Shown here piece after piece: positions 41,292-52,518 of a stretch of 64,000 bases of DNA. The notes under the pieces are model-generated. The model was not told the DNA's origin. It did no database searches and saw only the letters and a list, made by a program, of their open reading frames with translations. Numbering within the stretch: position 1 is the first letter of the stretch; each line of letters opens with the position of its first letter. Source of the DNA: Candidatus Binatia bacterium (lineage in GTDB: Bacteria; Desulfobacterota; Binatia; UBA9968; CAXXLF01); assembly GCA_963664015.2 (NCBI GenBank), contig CAXXLF010000001.1, positions 544,001 through 608,000 on the forward strand, in the 5' to 3' direction. Both the position numbers and the translations under genes were made by a program.

Positions 41292-42539
41292 TCATTTCAA
41301 CCGGTTAGGATAAAGGGGGAACTTCCTGCAGAACTCACGAACATCATCGCCAATGGAGGCAAGAGCACGGTCGTCTCCCACCTGGTTCAACGCCTTCGAA
41401 ATAAACTCTGCAATGGTCTCCATCTCTTTTTCCTTCATTCCCCTGGTGGTCACGGCGGGTGTCCCGATCCGAATCCCACTGGTCACAAAGGGAGAACGAG
41501 TCTCAAAGGGTACTGTATTCTTGTTGACCGTGATACGTGCGTTATCCAGAGTTTCCTGGGCAACCCTGCCCGTGAGTTCCGACTTGCGCAGATCGACAAG
41601 CATCAAATGGTTGTCGGTCCCGCCGGAGGTGAGACGGAAGTTTTTGCTCATCAATGCTGCAGCCAGAGCTTTTGCGTTCTTGACAATCTGCTCCTGGTAT
41701 CGCTTGAATTCAGGGGTCAAGGCTTCCTTGAAGGCAACCGCCTTGGCCGCGATGACGTGCATCAGAGGCCCCCCCTGTATTCCGGGAAAGACCTTGCTGT
41801 TGATATCCTTGGCCCATTTCTCCCGGCAGAGGATCATGCCTCCACGAGGTCCCCTCAAGGTCTTATGCGTCGTTGAGGTCACGAAGTCGGCATACGGCAC
41901 GGGACTGGGATGAACACCAGCGGCCACCAGGCCTGCAATGTGGGCCATATCCACCATGAGACAGGCGCCAACCTCATCGGCTATCTGACGGATTCGCTGG
42001 AAGTCAATGACCCGGGGATAGGCACTGGCGCCCGCGATGATCAGCTTGGGCCGATGCTCGCGCGCCAGTTTGGCGATATTGTCATAGTCCAGGGTCTCGC
42101 TCTCCTCAACCACACCGTAGGGAACAACCCGATAGATCATGCCCGAGAAATTGACCGGGCTACCCATGGAAAGATGGCCCCCATGGGCCAGGTTCATACC
42201 CAAATAGGTATCTCCCGGTTTGAGGACAGCTAGATAAATCGCCATATTGGCCTGGGAACCCGAATGGGGCTGCACATTGGCATGGTCGGCACCAAAGACC
42301 TCTTTAGCCCGCGCGATGGCCAGGTTCTCAACCACGTCGTGATACTCACACCCCCCGTAATACCTACGTCCAGGATAACCTTCCGCATACTTGTTGGTCA
42401 TCACCGAACCCTGGGCCTCGAGAACCGCTTCACTCACCGCGTTTTCGGAAGCAATGAGTTCGAGATTGGATTCCAACCGATCTGTTTCACTGCGGATCGC
42501 CGCGTAGACTTCCGGATCCGCCTGGCTGAGGAAAGACAT
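41292..42539 (-). CDS. glyA: Serine hydroxymethyltransferase
   Basis: [33 protein letters not shown]. Confidence 0.98.
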   Translation of the reverse strand: MSFLSQADPEVYAAIRSETDRLESNLELIASENAVSEAVLEAQGSVMTNKYAEGYPGRRYYGGCEYHDVVENLAIARAKEVFGADHANVQPHSGSQANMAIYLAVLKPGDTYLGMNLAHGGHLSMGSPVNFSGMIYRVVPYGVVEESETLDYDNIAKLAREHRPKLIIAGASAYPRVIDFQRIRQIADEVGACLMVDMAHIAGLVAAGVHPSPVPYADFVTSTTHKTLRGPRGGMILCREKWAKDINSKVFPGIQGGPLMHVIAAKAVAFKEALTPEFKRYQEQIVKNAKALAAALMSKNFRLTSGGTDNHLMLVDLRKSELTGRVAQETLDNARITVNKNTVPFETRSPFVTSGIRIGTPAVTTRGMKEKEMETIAEFISKALNQVGDDRALASIGDDVREFCRKFPLYPNRLK

Positions 42540-42614
42540 GTCTTAAATCACTCCCTTTAATTTAGATTGGTTTGCAAAGAGCCGAGACCATTACGAACAA
42601 TCCGTTCCCCAGGT

Positions 42615-43085
42615 TCAGCTCCTCCTTGTCTCACTGACGTGCGATCCCAGCTCCTGTTCCACCCGCGTAATCTTATCCAAACGTCTTTTATGCCGACCTC
42701 CCGCGAACTGGGTTTCGAGCCAGGACTGAAGGATTCCTTCCGCAACTTGCGGTTCGGTTTTCTTCCCGCCCAGGACCAGCACGTTCGAGTTGTTGTGTTC
42801 GCGGCTCATTTGGGCATCCTCACGGTCGTGAACCAGTGCCGCTCTGACCCTGGGAAACTTATTGGCCAGAATGGACATACCAATACCGCTCGTGCAGATC
42901 AGGATACCTCGCTCCGCGTCGCCGCGGGACACCTCCAGCGACACCAGCCGCCCAAAGTCGGGGTAGTCCACGGACTTGCTCCCTTGAGTACCTACGTCCA
43001 TCACCTCTAGCCCTTTGGTCCGCAGAACACCGACCAGAAACTTCTTGAGTTCCAGTCCTCCGTGATCGCTCCCTATAACAATCAT
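42615..43085 (-). CDS. rpiB: Ribose-5-phosphate isomerase B
   Basis: GSDHGG, VDYPD, CTSGIG, HNNSN, GGRH. Confidence 0.95.
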   Translation of the reverse strand: MIVIGSDHGGLELKKFLVGVLRTKGLEVMDVGTQGSKSVDYPDFGRLVSLEVSRGDAERGILICTSGIGMSILANKFPRVRAALVHDREDAQMSREHNNSNVLVLGGKKTEPQVAEGILQSWLETQFAGGRHKRRLDKITRVEQELGSHVSETRRS

Positions 43086-43229
43086 GCAGTGTCTCCGTTA
43101 GGACCCCTTACAATAATAAAAAAATCGCAGAAGCATGGACCCTGCCACCTCCTGCGACTTGGATCTGAACCGGCAAGGCAATGATTCCCATGGAATTATA
43201 CCTGCCCTTACCGAACTGACGGCAACCAC

Positions 43230-43250
43230 TCCCCTTTGGATTCAAGGGGA
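43230..43250 (-). terminator. Hairpin immediately after acpP (terminator or stability element)
   Basis: TCCCCTT-TGGATTC-AAGGGGA; no strong U-tract. Confidence 0.4.
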
Positions 43251-43487
43251 TTACTTGTGACCCTCGATATAGGTGACAACGTCGTGTACGGTTTTGATCT
43301 TTTCCGCATCCTCGTCGGAGATCTCCATCTCGTACTCCTCTTCCAGGGCCATAACAAGCTCAACAATGTCTAACGAGTCTGCACCCAGATCGTCAATGAA
43401 CGAGGCCTGCGGGGTCGCCTCTTCTTCACTCACACCCAGCTGCTCGCAGACAATCTCCTTCACCCTTGCATCTATGCTTGCTGCCAT
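43251..43487 (-). CDS. acpP: Acyl carrier protein
   Basis: [19 protein letters not shown]. Confidence 0.97.
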   Translation of the reverse strand: MAASIDARVKEIVCEQLGVSEEEATPQASFIDDLGADSLDIVELVMALEEEYEMEISDEDAEKIKTVHDVVTYIEGHK

Positions 43488-43514
43488 GATTGATCCTCCT
43501 ATCCCACTTTTTTC

Positions 43515-44264
43515 CTACACATACAGTCCACCATTCACATTGATTACTTGTCCGGTTATATAATTCGCACCGGTTCCCACCAGAAAGGCGATGGTTTCCG
43601 CTACATCCTCGCCGGTTCCAAACCGAGCCAGGGGTATGGAACGCAGGAACTCCTCGCGAAGCTCTGCACTCAAAGCAGCTGTCATTTCTGTATCTATAAA
43701 ACCGGGGGCCACGGCATTAACGGTAATCCCCCGCGAAGCCAATTCACGGGCCATGGCCTTTGTGAAGCCAATAATCCCGGCCTTCGAGGATGCGTATACG
43801 GACTGCCCAGCGTTGCCCATCTGCCCCACCACGGAAGTCAGGTTGACTATACGGCCGTAGCGTGCCCGAACCATCCTTCTACAAACAGATTTGGTGCAGT
43901 TAAACGTTCCCTTAAGATTGACGCCGATTACCCGGTCCCATTCCTCAGCGCTGACACGGATCAGTAGATTATCCGACGTAAGGCCCGCGTTGTTGATAAG
44001 AATATCAATTTTTTTATGCTGGTCAACGATTTTCTTTACCGCGGCCTCGACCTGGTCCTCTTGAGCGATATCGAAAGGTACCAATTGACCTTCGCCGCCC
44101 TCGCCGGTGAGAGCCGCCAGGGTTGCCTCAGCCGCCTCTCGGTTCTCCCGGTAGTTGATCATGACCCTGGCACCGCGACGCCCCAGAGTCAGGGCAATGG
44201 CCTTGCCGATTCCACGGCTCGCCCCGGTTACCAGCGCGACCTGTCCTTTCAGAGTCAATTCCAT
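43515..44264 (-). CDS. fabG: 3-oxoacyl-ACP reductase
   Basis: TGASRGIG, NNAG, YASSK, VAPGFIDT. Confidence 0.95.
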   Translation of the reverse strand: MELTLKGQVALVTGASRGIGKAIALTLGRRGARVMINYRENREAAEATLAALTGEGGEGQLVPFDIAQEDQVEAAVKKIVDQHKKIDILINNAGLTSDNLLIRVSAEEWDRVIGVNLKGTFNCTKSVCRRMVRARYGRIVNLTSVVGQMGNAGQSVYASSKAGIIGFTKAMARELASRGITVNAVAPGFIDTEMTAALSAELREEFLRSIPLARFGTGEDVAETIAFLVGTGANYITGQVINVNGGLYV

Positions 44265-45208
44265 TGGGGCCCCGCCTCTTTCAGAGCAGCCAGACTCTTG
44301 GGACCATCCATATTTTTCACTGCCAGGCTCGGGTCTATCCTACGAACCAATCCGGAGAGGACCTTGCCCGGACCGATCTCCAAGACCTGCTGGCAGCCCA
44401 ACTCCTTGAGACGTCGAACGGAATCTTCCCAAAGGACGGGGCGAACGATCTGCTCAACCAGAAGCGACTTGACCCGGCCAGGATCCAAATTCAATTCGGC
44501 CTCGACGTTGTTCACCACACCGACGGAAAACGGATGCACCTGAATTTCGTCCAATTTCGCCTTCAAACCCTCTGCCGCGGAAGACATCATGGGGCAGTGA
44601 AACGGAGCGCTTACGGGAAGTTCCATCACCCTTTTGGCCCCGCGCTCCGAGGCAAGCTTCATGGTCCGGAGCACCGCCTCCCGTTTCCCGGCAATGACGA
44701 CCTGCCCTCCCCCGTTGAGATTGGCTAGCCCCACCACTTCCCCCTCAGCAGCCTCATCACAGACCGACTGAAGCTCGGTGGTTTCCATCCCCATGACCAC
44801 GGCCATCAGTCCCTCACCCTGCGGTACGGCCTTCTGCATCAGACGCCCCCGCTCGCAAACGGTTGCCACGGCGTCCCGGAAAGTCAAGGCGCCTGCGCTG
44901 ACCAGGGCGCTGTACTCTCCCAGGCTGTGGCCGGCAACGCAGAACGGCTGCAAAGAAGATTCGGTCTCGAGGGCCCTAAGGGCCGCTATGGAGACGGTGA
45001 GTATCGCCGGTTGCGTGTTTTCCGTGCGCAGCAGCTCCTCGTTGGGTCCCGAAAAGCAGAGCTGCCTCAACGGAAACCCAAGGACGTCCTCCGCCTCCAT
45101 AAATGTCTGCTTGGCAATGTCGAACTGCTCGCAGAGTTCCTTGCCCATACCCACCGACTGGGAGCCCTGTCCGGGGAAGACAAACGCAATCTTATTCTTT
45201 ACTGCCAC
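44255..45208 (-). CDS. fabD: Malonyl-CoA:ACP transacylase
   Basis: FPGQGSQ, GHSLGEY, VSAPFH. Confidence 0.96.
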   Translation of the reverse strand: MAVKNKIAFVFPGQGSQSVGMGKELCEQFDIAKQTFMEAEDVLGFPLRQLCFSGPNEELLRTENTQPAILTVSIAALRALETESSLQPFCVAGHSLGEYSALVSAGALTFRDAVATVCERGRLMQKAVPQGEGLMAVVMGMETTELQSVCDEAAEGEVVGLANLNGGGQVVIAGKREAVLRTMKLASERGAKRVMELPVSAPFHCPMMSSAAEGLKAKLDEIQVHPFSVGVVNNVEAELNLDPGRVKSLLVEQIVRPVLWEDSVRRLKELGCQQVLEIGPGKVLSGLVRRIDPSLAVKNMDGPKSLAALKEAGPQWN

Positions 45209-46316
45209 CGTCGATTTCTTTTCCTTCCTGTTCCGTCACCGGCTTTTCCCCCAGGGTATCAATCTTCGAAGGAATCTGCTTCCACCTACGGCGTGAGAAT
45301 GGATCCCTTCCGTCTCGAATATTCTCCAATCCACCTAGGACTTCGATAATGTGTCGGTTGACGTCGTGAGAAACCGTCTCATCGGCCACGCGTACAGCAC
45401 TCTTGATGGCCTTGGGAGAAGAGCCTCCATGAGCGATGATAGCCACGCCATCGAGACCCAACAGGGGTGCTCCACCGATTTCCGCATAATCCATTCGGAT
45501 GGCGGCCTGCCGCAACGATCTTTTGCTTAATAGGAGCCCGATACGGCCCAGAGTGGAACTCATAAAGGCGCCTTTGAATTCCTTCACGACCCAGCTGGCA
45601 ACTCCCTCCATCGTCTTGAGAACCACATTGCCTGTAAATCCGTCGCAGACGACCACATCGACCTCACCCCTGGTAATATCACGACCCTCCACATAACCGA
45701 TGCAATTGAGCGGCGTGGACTGTAGCAGTTCGCTGGCGGACCGGGTCAGGTCATTCCCTTTGCCCTCCTCCGCCCCATTGCTCAGTACCCCCACACGGGG
45801 TCGATCGATTTGCAGTATATTCTCCGCGTAGATTGAACCCATCACTGCGAACTGGGCCAGGTGGCGCGGCTTGCACTCGGTGTTGGCGCCACCGTCGATG
45901 AGCAGGGGGCCCTTGCCGGGACCCGTAGGCAGCACCACCAAAATGGCAGGCCTTTCCACATAGGGAAGGTTCCCCATGATGAACATCCCCGCGGCCATCA
46001 TGGCCCCCGAGTTGCCCGCACTGATCACCGCGTCGGCCTCGCCGCGCTTCATCATCTGGAAGGCAACCTTAATGGAGGTGTCCCTCATTTTCACCGAACT
46101 GCTCGGAGACTCATCCATAGCCACCGCACGCGAGGCATGTACGACCCGAATGGGCGAGTTCTGAACCGAGTGTTTCTCCAATTCCCGATTGACCGCATCG
46201 CTGCGGCCCACAAGGATGATCTCGACGTTCAGTTCCCTTGCGGCAAGAACCGCGCCTTCAACTACCGAGCTGGGAGCGAGGTCGCCACCCATGGCATCAA
46301 CGGCAATTCGGTTCAT
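45192..46316 (-). CDS. plsX: Phosphate acyltransferase PlsX
   Basis: IAVDAMGGD, SAGNSGA, CDGFTGN, AHGGS. Confidence 0.96.
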   Translation of the reverse strand: MNRIAVDAMGGDLAPSSVVEGAVLAARELNVEIILVGRSDAVNRELEKHSVQNSPIRVVHASRAVAMDESPSSSVKMRDTSIKVAFQMMKRGEADAVISAGNSGAMMAAGMFIMGNLPYVERPAILVVLPTGPGKGPLLIDGGANTECKPRHLAQFAVMGSIYAENILQIDRPRVGVLSNGAEEGKGNDLTRSASELLQSTPLNCIGYVEGRDITRGEVDVVVCDGFTGNVVLKTMEGVASWVVKEFKGAFMSSTLGRIGLLLSKRSLRQAAIRMDYAEIGGAPLLGLDGVAIIAHGGSSPKAIKSAVRVADETVSHDVNRHIIEVLGGLENIRDGRDPFSRRRWKQIPSKIDTLGEKPVTEQEGKEIDGGSKE

Positions 46317-46333
46317 GGATCTAAATGGAATGC

Positions 46334-46516
46334 TCAGGCCTCTTCGGTAGGCACCACCGCCCTACCCCGGTAATGCCCGCAACTAGGGCATGCCCGGTGC
46401 CGCGCTGTGGTTTCACCGCACTTGGGGCATACGCTCCATTGGGGAGCTACCAGGCCATCGTGGGATCGGCGTTTGTTCCTTTTGCTCTTGGAGGTTCTTC
46501 TCTTGGGTACCGGCAT
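46334..46516 (-). CDS. rpmF: 50S ribosomal protein L32
   Basis: MPVPKRRTSK...CPKC...HRACPSCG. Confidence 0.96.
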   Translation of the reverse strand: MPVPKRRTSKSKRNKRRSHDGLVAPQWSVCPKCGETTARHRACPSCGHYRGRAVVPTEEA

Positions 46517-46576
46517 CTCAGTTCAGGTTCCTTCCTAATTTACGGCAGCGATACAATCGGGGAGACGCGAGGAAGG

Positions 46577-47107
46577 CTATCGCTCCAGCCTTAGACCGCG
46601 AAGAACCGCCAGTCGCGGATCATCTGACTTGAAGGTGCAGCGACAGGACTCCATGTTGAGGTCCACTCCACACCCCGAACAAAGCCCACGGCATTCGCTG
46701 TCGCAGAGGGGCCGCATGGCGAGTATCAAAATAGCCTCTTCCCGGATGTAAGGGGAAAGATCGATTTCGTCAGACGAATAAAAGCCCAATCCCAGCTCAC
46801 CCCGGTTTAACCCTCTACTCTTAGCGGGCGGGAGTTCCGGGGTCAAGACGAAGTCAAACCTTTTTTCAATGGAGGAAGGATAGCTCTTGAGACAACGACT
46901 GCAGCATCCTTCGACTGTTCCGGTCAGGACACCATGAAAAAAGATGTCCCGGCCCGACCGATAGTAGCTCAGTTCGACCTCAATCGGCGCGAGGAAGCGA
47001 AAATCCGAACGGGGATCAGTCGCACAGGTCCGATTGAGCTCATCTACTCCCTCTTGAAAACGGATGTCCCTAGGGGACTCCGTAACCTGATTGACTGCTA
47101 GTTTCAC
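46577..47107 (-). CDS. yceD: DUF177/YceD family protein
   Basis: CSRCL; PLCDSECRGLCSGCG; DPRLAVL; upstream of rpmF. Confidence 0.9.
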   Translation of the reverse strand: MKLAVNQVTESPRDIRFQEGVDELNRTCATDPRSDFRFLAPIEVELSYYRSGRDIFFHGVLTGTVEGCCSRCLKSYPSSIEKRFDFVLTPELPPAKSRGLNRGELGLGFYSSDEIDLSPYIREEAILILAMRPLCDSECRGLCSGCGVDLNMESCRCTFKSDDPRLAVLRGLRLER

Positions 47108-47127
47108 CGATCGGCTCCAGAAAATTT

Positions 47128-47155
47128 AGTATATGGATTTTACGTTTAATGTCAA
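47128..47155 (-). promoter_or_regulatory. Sigma70 promoter of the yceD-rpmF-plsX-fab operon
   Basis: Minus strand TTGACA, 16 nt spacer, TATACT. Confidence 0.65.
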
Positions 47156-47506
47156 GGTGATTTCCCGGAAAGGATCTGGTTTATTGATAAGTTCCACGCC
47201 TTTAGTTAGAACGAGGTTTCAGGATTTCATTGAATTCCGGATTAATTCTACTATTGTTTACAGCGGGCATCGTCCCACAGTCAAAATCCTCTAAGATCTA
47301 AGAGATGATAGCTCCAAGCTCCCGGCAAGCAAAGCACTCGAATGTCACGCAATAAACTTCGTGGCAGTGGGTTTTTATCCACAGCGCAAAAACCAAATGA
47401 CCAAGGCCCTCGTTCCTTCTCCAATTGAAGAATTGATCGCCCAGGCCGAAACGCCTCTAACCTTGGGGAGGAGCTCTTGTCCGGCTTCAAGTTGAATTAA
47501 GGTTCA

Positions 47507-48250
47507 ATGATAGAAGTATCGCACGTTTCAAAATTCTACGGGGAGTACCCTGCTGTACAAGATATCTCCTTTAGCGCGTAGAGGGGCGAAATCCTCGGAT
47601 TTCTCGGTCCCAATGGTGCCGGCAAAAGCACCACCATGCGCATTATCGCCGGCTTCATTCCGGCTTCCCATGGCAACGTCCTCGTAGAGGGATTCGATAT
47701 ATACAAGGAATCCCACGAGGTGCGCCGACGGCTAGGATACCTACCGGATAACCCGCCCCTCTACAACGACATGACCGTCGGTTCTTATCTAAAGTTTGTC
47801 GCCACCATCAAGGGAGTCGCTAATGACCCCATCTCGGCGCCCCTGGCGGCAACGCTAGAGAGGTGTTCCCTGGAAGGGGTCGCCGACCGGCTCATCCGCC
47901 ACTTGTCCAAGGGGTACTGTCAACGGGTGGGGCTGGCCCAGGCCTTGATCCACGATCCGCCGGTTTTGATCCTGGACGAACCCACCCTGGGGCTCGACCC
48001 GAAACAGACCCTGGAAATGCGCCGGCTAATCAAGGATCTTGCGGGAGACCGGACCGTTATTCTTTCGACTCACATCCTGCCCGAGGTCTCCCAGATCTGC
48101 AACAAACTGGTCATCATCAACCGCGGCAAGCTCATCATCGAGGACAGCATCAAAGAGATCACCCGGGGGACCACCCTGGAGGACATCTTTATCCGCTATC
48201 TATCCGAAGGCGCCGAAGGCGAATCCAATGGGGATCACCGCGAGCCATGA
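47507..48250 (+). pseudogene. ABC ATPase (GldA-like) with an in-frame stop before Walker A
   Basis: MIEVSHVSKFYG...SFSA*(47579)RGEILGFLGPNGAGKST; LSKGY, LDEPT, STH. Confidence 0.85.
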
Positions 48251-49021
48251 GAAACATCATCACACTAGGGAAAAAAGAAATCCGTTCGCTTTTCGTCTCT
48301 CCCATCGCCTACGTGCTTCTGACGGGCTATCTCCTGCTGGGCGGGTGGCTTTTTTTCAACCTGCTGTTCCAATTCGACACCCTGGTCACCCTATAGGGCA
48401 ACTCTCAAAACGCGCAGAGTCTACAGATGTTAAACCTGAACGAGCGCATCATCGCCCCGCTCCTCCATGATCTGATCATCCTGCTCGTCATCATGGTCCC
48501 CTTTATCACCATGCGAAGTTTTGCCGAGGAAAAACGCAACAGGACCTACTAAATGCTCCTGACCTCACCGCTCACGGTGCTGGAGCTGGTGCTGGGCAAG
48601 TACCTGGGCTGTCTCTTCTTCCTTGGCCTCATGATCCTGGCGGCCTTTATCTATCCCTGCATCCTTCTCATCTTTGGGGACCCCGAGATCGGCCCTCTCG
48701 TGGCGGGGTACTTGGGCCTGTTTTTCATCGGCGCCGTATTCGTAGCCGTTGGGATCTTTACCTCTTCCCTCACCGAGAACCAGATCATCGCTGCGGTAAC
48801 TTGTTTTGTCATCCTGTTGCTCCTGTACGTATTATCCTGGCCCGCAGTTGCTTCCATCACTATCGCGGGGCAAAATCTTAAAATACCTGTCAATAGTGGA
48901 GCACTTCAGCGTGATGGGACACGGACTCATCGACACACGGAATCTCTTTTACTTTTTGACCTTAATAGTGCTGTGCCTCTTTCTGACGCAGCGCTCGGTG
49001 GAATCGTCCCGCTAGAGATAA
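48247..49021 (+). pseudogene. ABC-2 permease (GldF-like)
   Basis: KEIRSLFVSPIAY, MRSFAEEKR, TENQIIAA; TAG 48394, TAA 48550, frameshift near 48870, TAG 49013. Confidence 0.85.
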
Positions 49022-49030
49022 CCTCGGCCT

Positions 49031-50561
49031 ATGAGATCGGCAAAGCTGCTACAGTTATCCGGCATGACCGGTTCCGTCCTGTTCCTGTTCGGTGTAGTCG
49101 CCTACTTTCCCCCGCCACGGAACATGGACCTCTTCGTCCAGTTCCATCTGGGACTTGGCCTACTGCTCTTTCTCACCTTCATATCGACCCAGGGGATGAC
49201 AGTGATCCGTTCACTACGTCGCCGCTCCACCCGCTATGGTCTCCACACGATCATCTACTCTTTGATCTTCGTCGGGATCCTGGTCCTGCTCAACTTTCTC
49301 AACGCCCGTTACTTTCTCCGCTGGGACCTGACCGAGGCCAAAATCTTTACCCTGTCCCCGCAATCGATCCGGGTCGTGCGCGGCCTGCAGCAAGACCTGG
49401 AAATCTATGGATTCTTCGACGGGGAGGAAAACCATCAGATCGCCGACCTGATCGAGAGCTACCGTTATCATTCCCCCAAGATCAAGTTCGAAGTGGTCGA
49501 CCCCAGCCGCTACCCGGACATGGCCAAACGTTTAAACGTGCAACAGACCGACACCCTTCACCTGCGCTACGGCAACGCCTCGGCCAGCGTACAGAACCCA
49601 ACCGAAGGCGCCATCACCAATGCAATTATGAAGTTTATGGGCAGGGGGGGAAAGAAAATTTTATTACTTAACCGGCCATGGAGAGCCAAGCCTCACCGAA
49701 ACAGAACGTGACCAGGGCCACGCCGTCGTTAAGCAAACTCTTGAAAACAACATTTATGAAGTCGAGGAGGTGCTTCTTTCAAGTACTCGGCGGGTCCCTA
49801 AAGATGCCTCCCTGGTCCTCATCGCAGGCCCGGTAAAGCCTCTCCTGGATCCCGAATTCGAGGCCATCGACGAGTATCTGAAGACCGGCGGTAAGGTCAT
49901 GTTACTGCTTCCGCCGCCGGACAATAATACCTTGAACAGCTATCTTAAGAAGTGGGGTAGGAACGTGGGGAGTAACGTCGTGGTGAATCAGGTGATCCGG
50001 CTCTTCTCCGGGCCATCGCTGGGGATCCAGCCTATCGTCGAGACCTACAGCCAGGATCATCCGGTGACTCAGGGCTTCAAAGAGCGAACTATCTTCCCTA
50101 TGGTGCGGTCCGTCGAGCCCACCACGAAGACCTGGAAGGGATTGGAGACAACCTCCCTGATTGAAACCAGTGCGACCAGCTGGGCCGAATCCGACGTGGA
50201 TACCATCTTCGGTCAAGGCAAGGCCTCCATGGATAAGGACGATGTGCAAGGCCCCATCTCCATCGCCGTAGGACTCACGGCCAAGTTAAGAGACGGCAAC
50301 GCCAAGATGATCGTTGTGGGCGGTTCGTCATTCGCCAACAACAAGTTCATCAAGGAATTTTTCAACCGCGCCCTCTTCCTGAACATGACCAACTGGCTGA
50401 TTGGGAACTAACGGCTCCTTTCCGTCCGTCCCCGTACCAGGCAGTCGTCGCGTATCCAGTTGACGGAGAATCAAGGCAGCACGGTTTTCTATCTCTCATT
50501 TCTCATCCTGCCCGAGATTCTGCTCGTTGCCAGGCTCGGCGTGTGGTGGAACAGGAGATAG
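49031..50561 (+). pseudogene. GldG-like ABC auxiliary component
   Basis: WDLTEAKIFTLS, YLTGHGE after a frameshift near 49660, LIAGP, NRALFLN..NWL; TAA at 50409. Confidence 0.82.
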
Positions 50562-51479
50562 GTGATGGGCACACACAGGACGCTTGTCTCCCTGACCGTA
50601 CTTATTGTCCTGGGCCTCTACGTCTTCCTGTTCGAGCTCAGGGACAAGACTCAGGACCTCCATGAGTATTCCCGCCGCGACGTGAACCGACTGGTCCTGA
50701 CCTACCGGGATCAAAGGATCGAGGTGAGCCGGGAGCCGTCAGGTGACTGGCGGTTGATCCACCCGCTGCAGGTCTCCGCCGACGCGTCAACAATCGAAGC
50801 GATCCTTTCTACCCTGCGGCAAAGTAAGATAAAGAGCGTGCTGGAAGAAGATCCAAGCGAGGGTTACCTGAAGAGCTTCGGCTTGCGCCAGCCGTGGGCC
50901 AGTCTGGCCATGATCACGAGCAGCGGGGAACCGCTTCCTCCCATCCTGGTTGGGGAAATGTCACCGTTAGGCGACCAGGCCTATGTCCGGCGGGGAGATT
51001 ACTCCGCTGTCTTGCTGACCGGCGCGGGTCTCAAGACAACGCTGGAGAAAACCGTAGCCGATTTCAGGGACAAGAGGATCCTTCGGTTCAACCGATGAAA
51101 AGTGGCAAGGCTGGAGATCAAGAAAAACGACGAACGCGTGGTCCTGGTCCGCGACAAAAGGGGCAACTGGAACATGGGAGCGCCTCGCGAAGGCAAGGTC
51201 AACCGAAAGGCTGTCAACGATTACCTGGCCACCCTGCTCCAGCTTCGGGCGGAGGAATTTTCCTACCAAGAGACCCCTGATCTGAAAAAATACCGATTGC
51301 AGGATCCAGTTCTGGTCATTTCATTCGAGGGAGACTCCTCGCGTAAGATTGAGACCCTCCTGGTCAGTGAAAACGAAAACTTTTTCCTCATGCGGGATGA
51401 CCATCCCACGTTTTACACCATCGATCCGATTTCCTACATCGCTATCCACAAAACCGCCTCAGATTTTCTCGCCAGCTAA
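50562..51479 (+). pseudogene. DUF4340-like protein split by an in-frame TGA
   Basis: N-terminal TM, repeated FGL/YRL..P modules, DFRDKRIL; TGA at 51096-51098. Confidence 0.75.
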
Positions 51480-51552
51480 TCCAATTCCGCAGAAACTCCC
51501 TTGTGGATGGGTAGGCTTTCTGTTAACCATTTTTAATGGAAGGTGCACAGTT

Positions 51553-52455
51553 ATGAACGGACGCCTTGGATTGATTCATTCGGCCTTGCCCAGCAGTGTG
51601 GATCTGCGCGTGGAGATTCCCGAGCGCCATCCATCGAGCCGCACTCTCGGCTCGGAACGGATGGGGTCCGGCACCCTCGTCGACCCGCAGGGTTACATCA
51701 TCACGGTGAACTACGTCGTCATGGGGGCGCGCACCATTACGGTCACCCTCATGGGCGAGAAGCAGTACGCCGGTGAATTGATTGCACAGGACTTCGAGTC
51801 GGGTTTGGCCCTCATCAAAATCCCGGCACAGGACCTTCCCTATTTACGCCCCGCCCCGGGGGATGAAGTCCAAACGGGCCAGGCGACCTTTATCGTCGCC
51901 AGCACCGGCAACACGGGGCGCCGGGTAAGTGGCGGGTATGTGACTTCGTTGGAAGCCTATGATGCCCAATGGGAGTTTCTCCTGGAAAAGTCCATTCGCA
52001 CTACCGCTTTCAATCCCGGCTTCGGGGGCGGCGCCCTCGTCGACTTCCAGGGACGGCTCATGGGGGTCGTGGCTTTCAACCTGAACGAGATGGCGAAGTT
52101 TTCCCTGGCCATTCCCATCGAGTACTACTTTCAATACGAGCAGGAGCTGAAACAGCACGGCATGGTCCGTAGCCGCCCGCAGCGCTCGTGGCTCGGTTTT
52201 TATCCCCAGCTCTTTGCCGGGCACCTGGTAGTCGCCAGCGTCGTCCAAGGCGGGCCCGCGGAACAGAACGGCATGAAAGAAGGAGACATCATCCTTCGAG
52301 TGGAAGATCAGAAGATCCAGTCGCGCACCGAGCTTTACCGCGAGATCTGGAAGAAACAACCCGGTGAGAAGATTTCTTTCCGCTTACTCAGAGACGAGGA
52401 ATCGATCAACCTGGCGGTCGTCAGCGGCAACCGCAGCGAATTCTACAAGAACTGA
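51553..52455 (+). CDS. HtrA/S1C-like trypsin-fold plus PDZ protein lacking catalytic His and Ser
   Basis: GSG..VDPQGYIITVNYVV; NPGFGGG; PDZ WLG...GPAE..GMKEGDII. Confidence 0.82.
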   Translation: MNGRLGLIHSALPSSVDLRVEIPERHPSSRTLGSERMGSGTLVDPQGYIITVNYVVMGARTITVTLMGEKQYAGELIAQDFESGLALIKIPAQDLPYLRPAPGDEVQTGQATFIVASTGNTGRRVSGGYVTSLEAYDAQWEFLLEKSIRTTAFNPGFGGGALVDFQGRLMGVVAFNLNEMAKFSLAIPIEYYFQYEQELKQHGMVRSRPQRSWLGFYPQLFAGHLVVASVVQGGPAEQNGMKEGDIILRVEDQKIQSRTELYREIWKKQPGEKISFRLLRDEESINLAVVSGNRSEFYKN

Positions 52456-52518
52456 GAGGATCCGGCCGCTCAGCACCTCCCAGGTCGGCTACTCACACTT
52501 AGTATCCGTTCGACTCCC

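Noticed and set aside
48553-49671. 372-aa ORF as a real fusion protein
   Set aside because: Chimera produced by the frameshift in the GldF-like pseudogene running out of frame over the next gene
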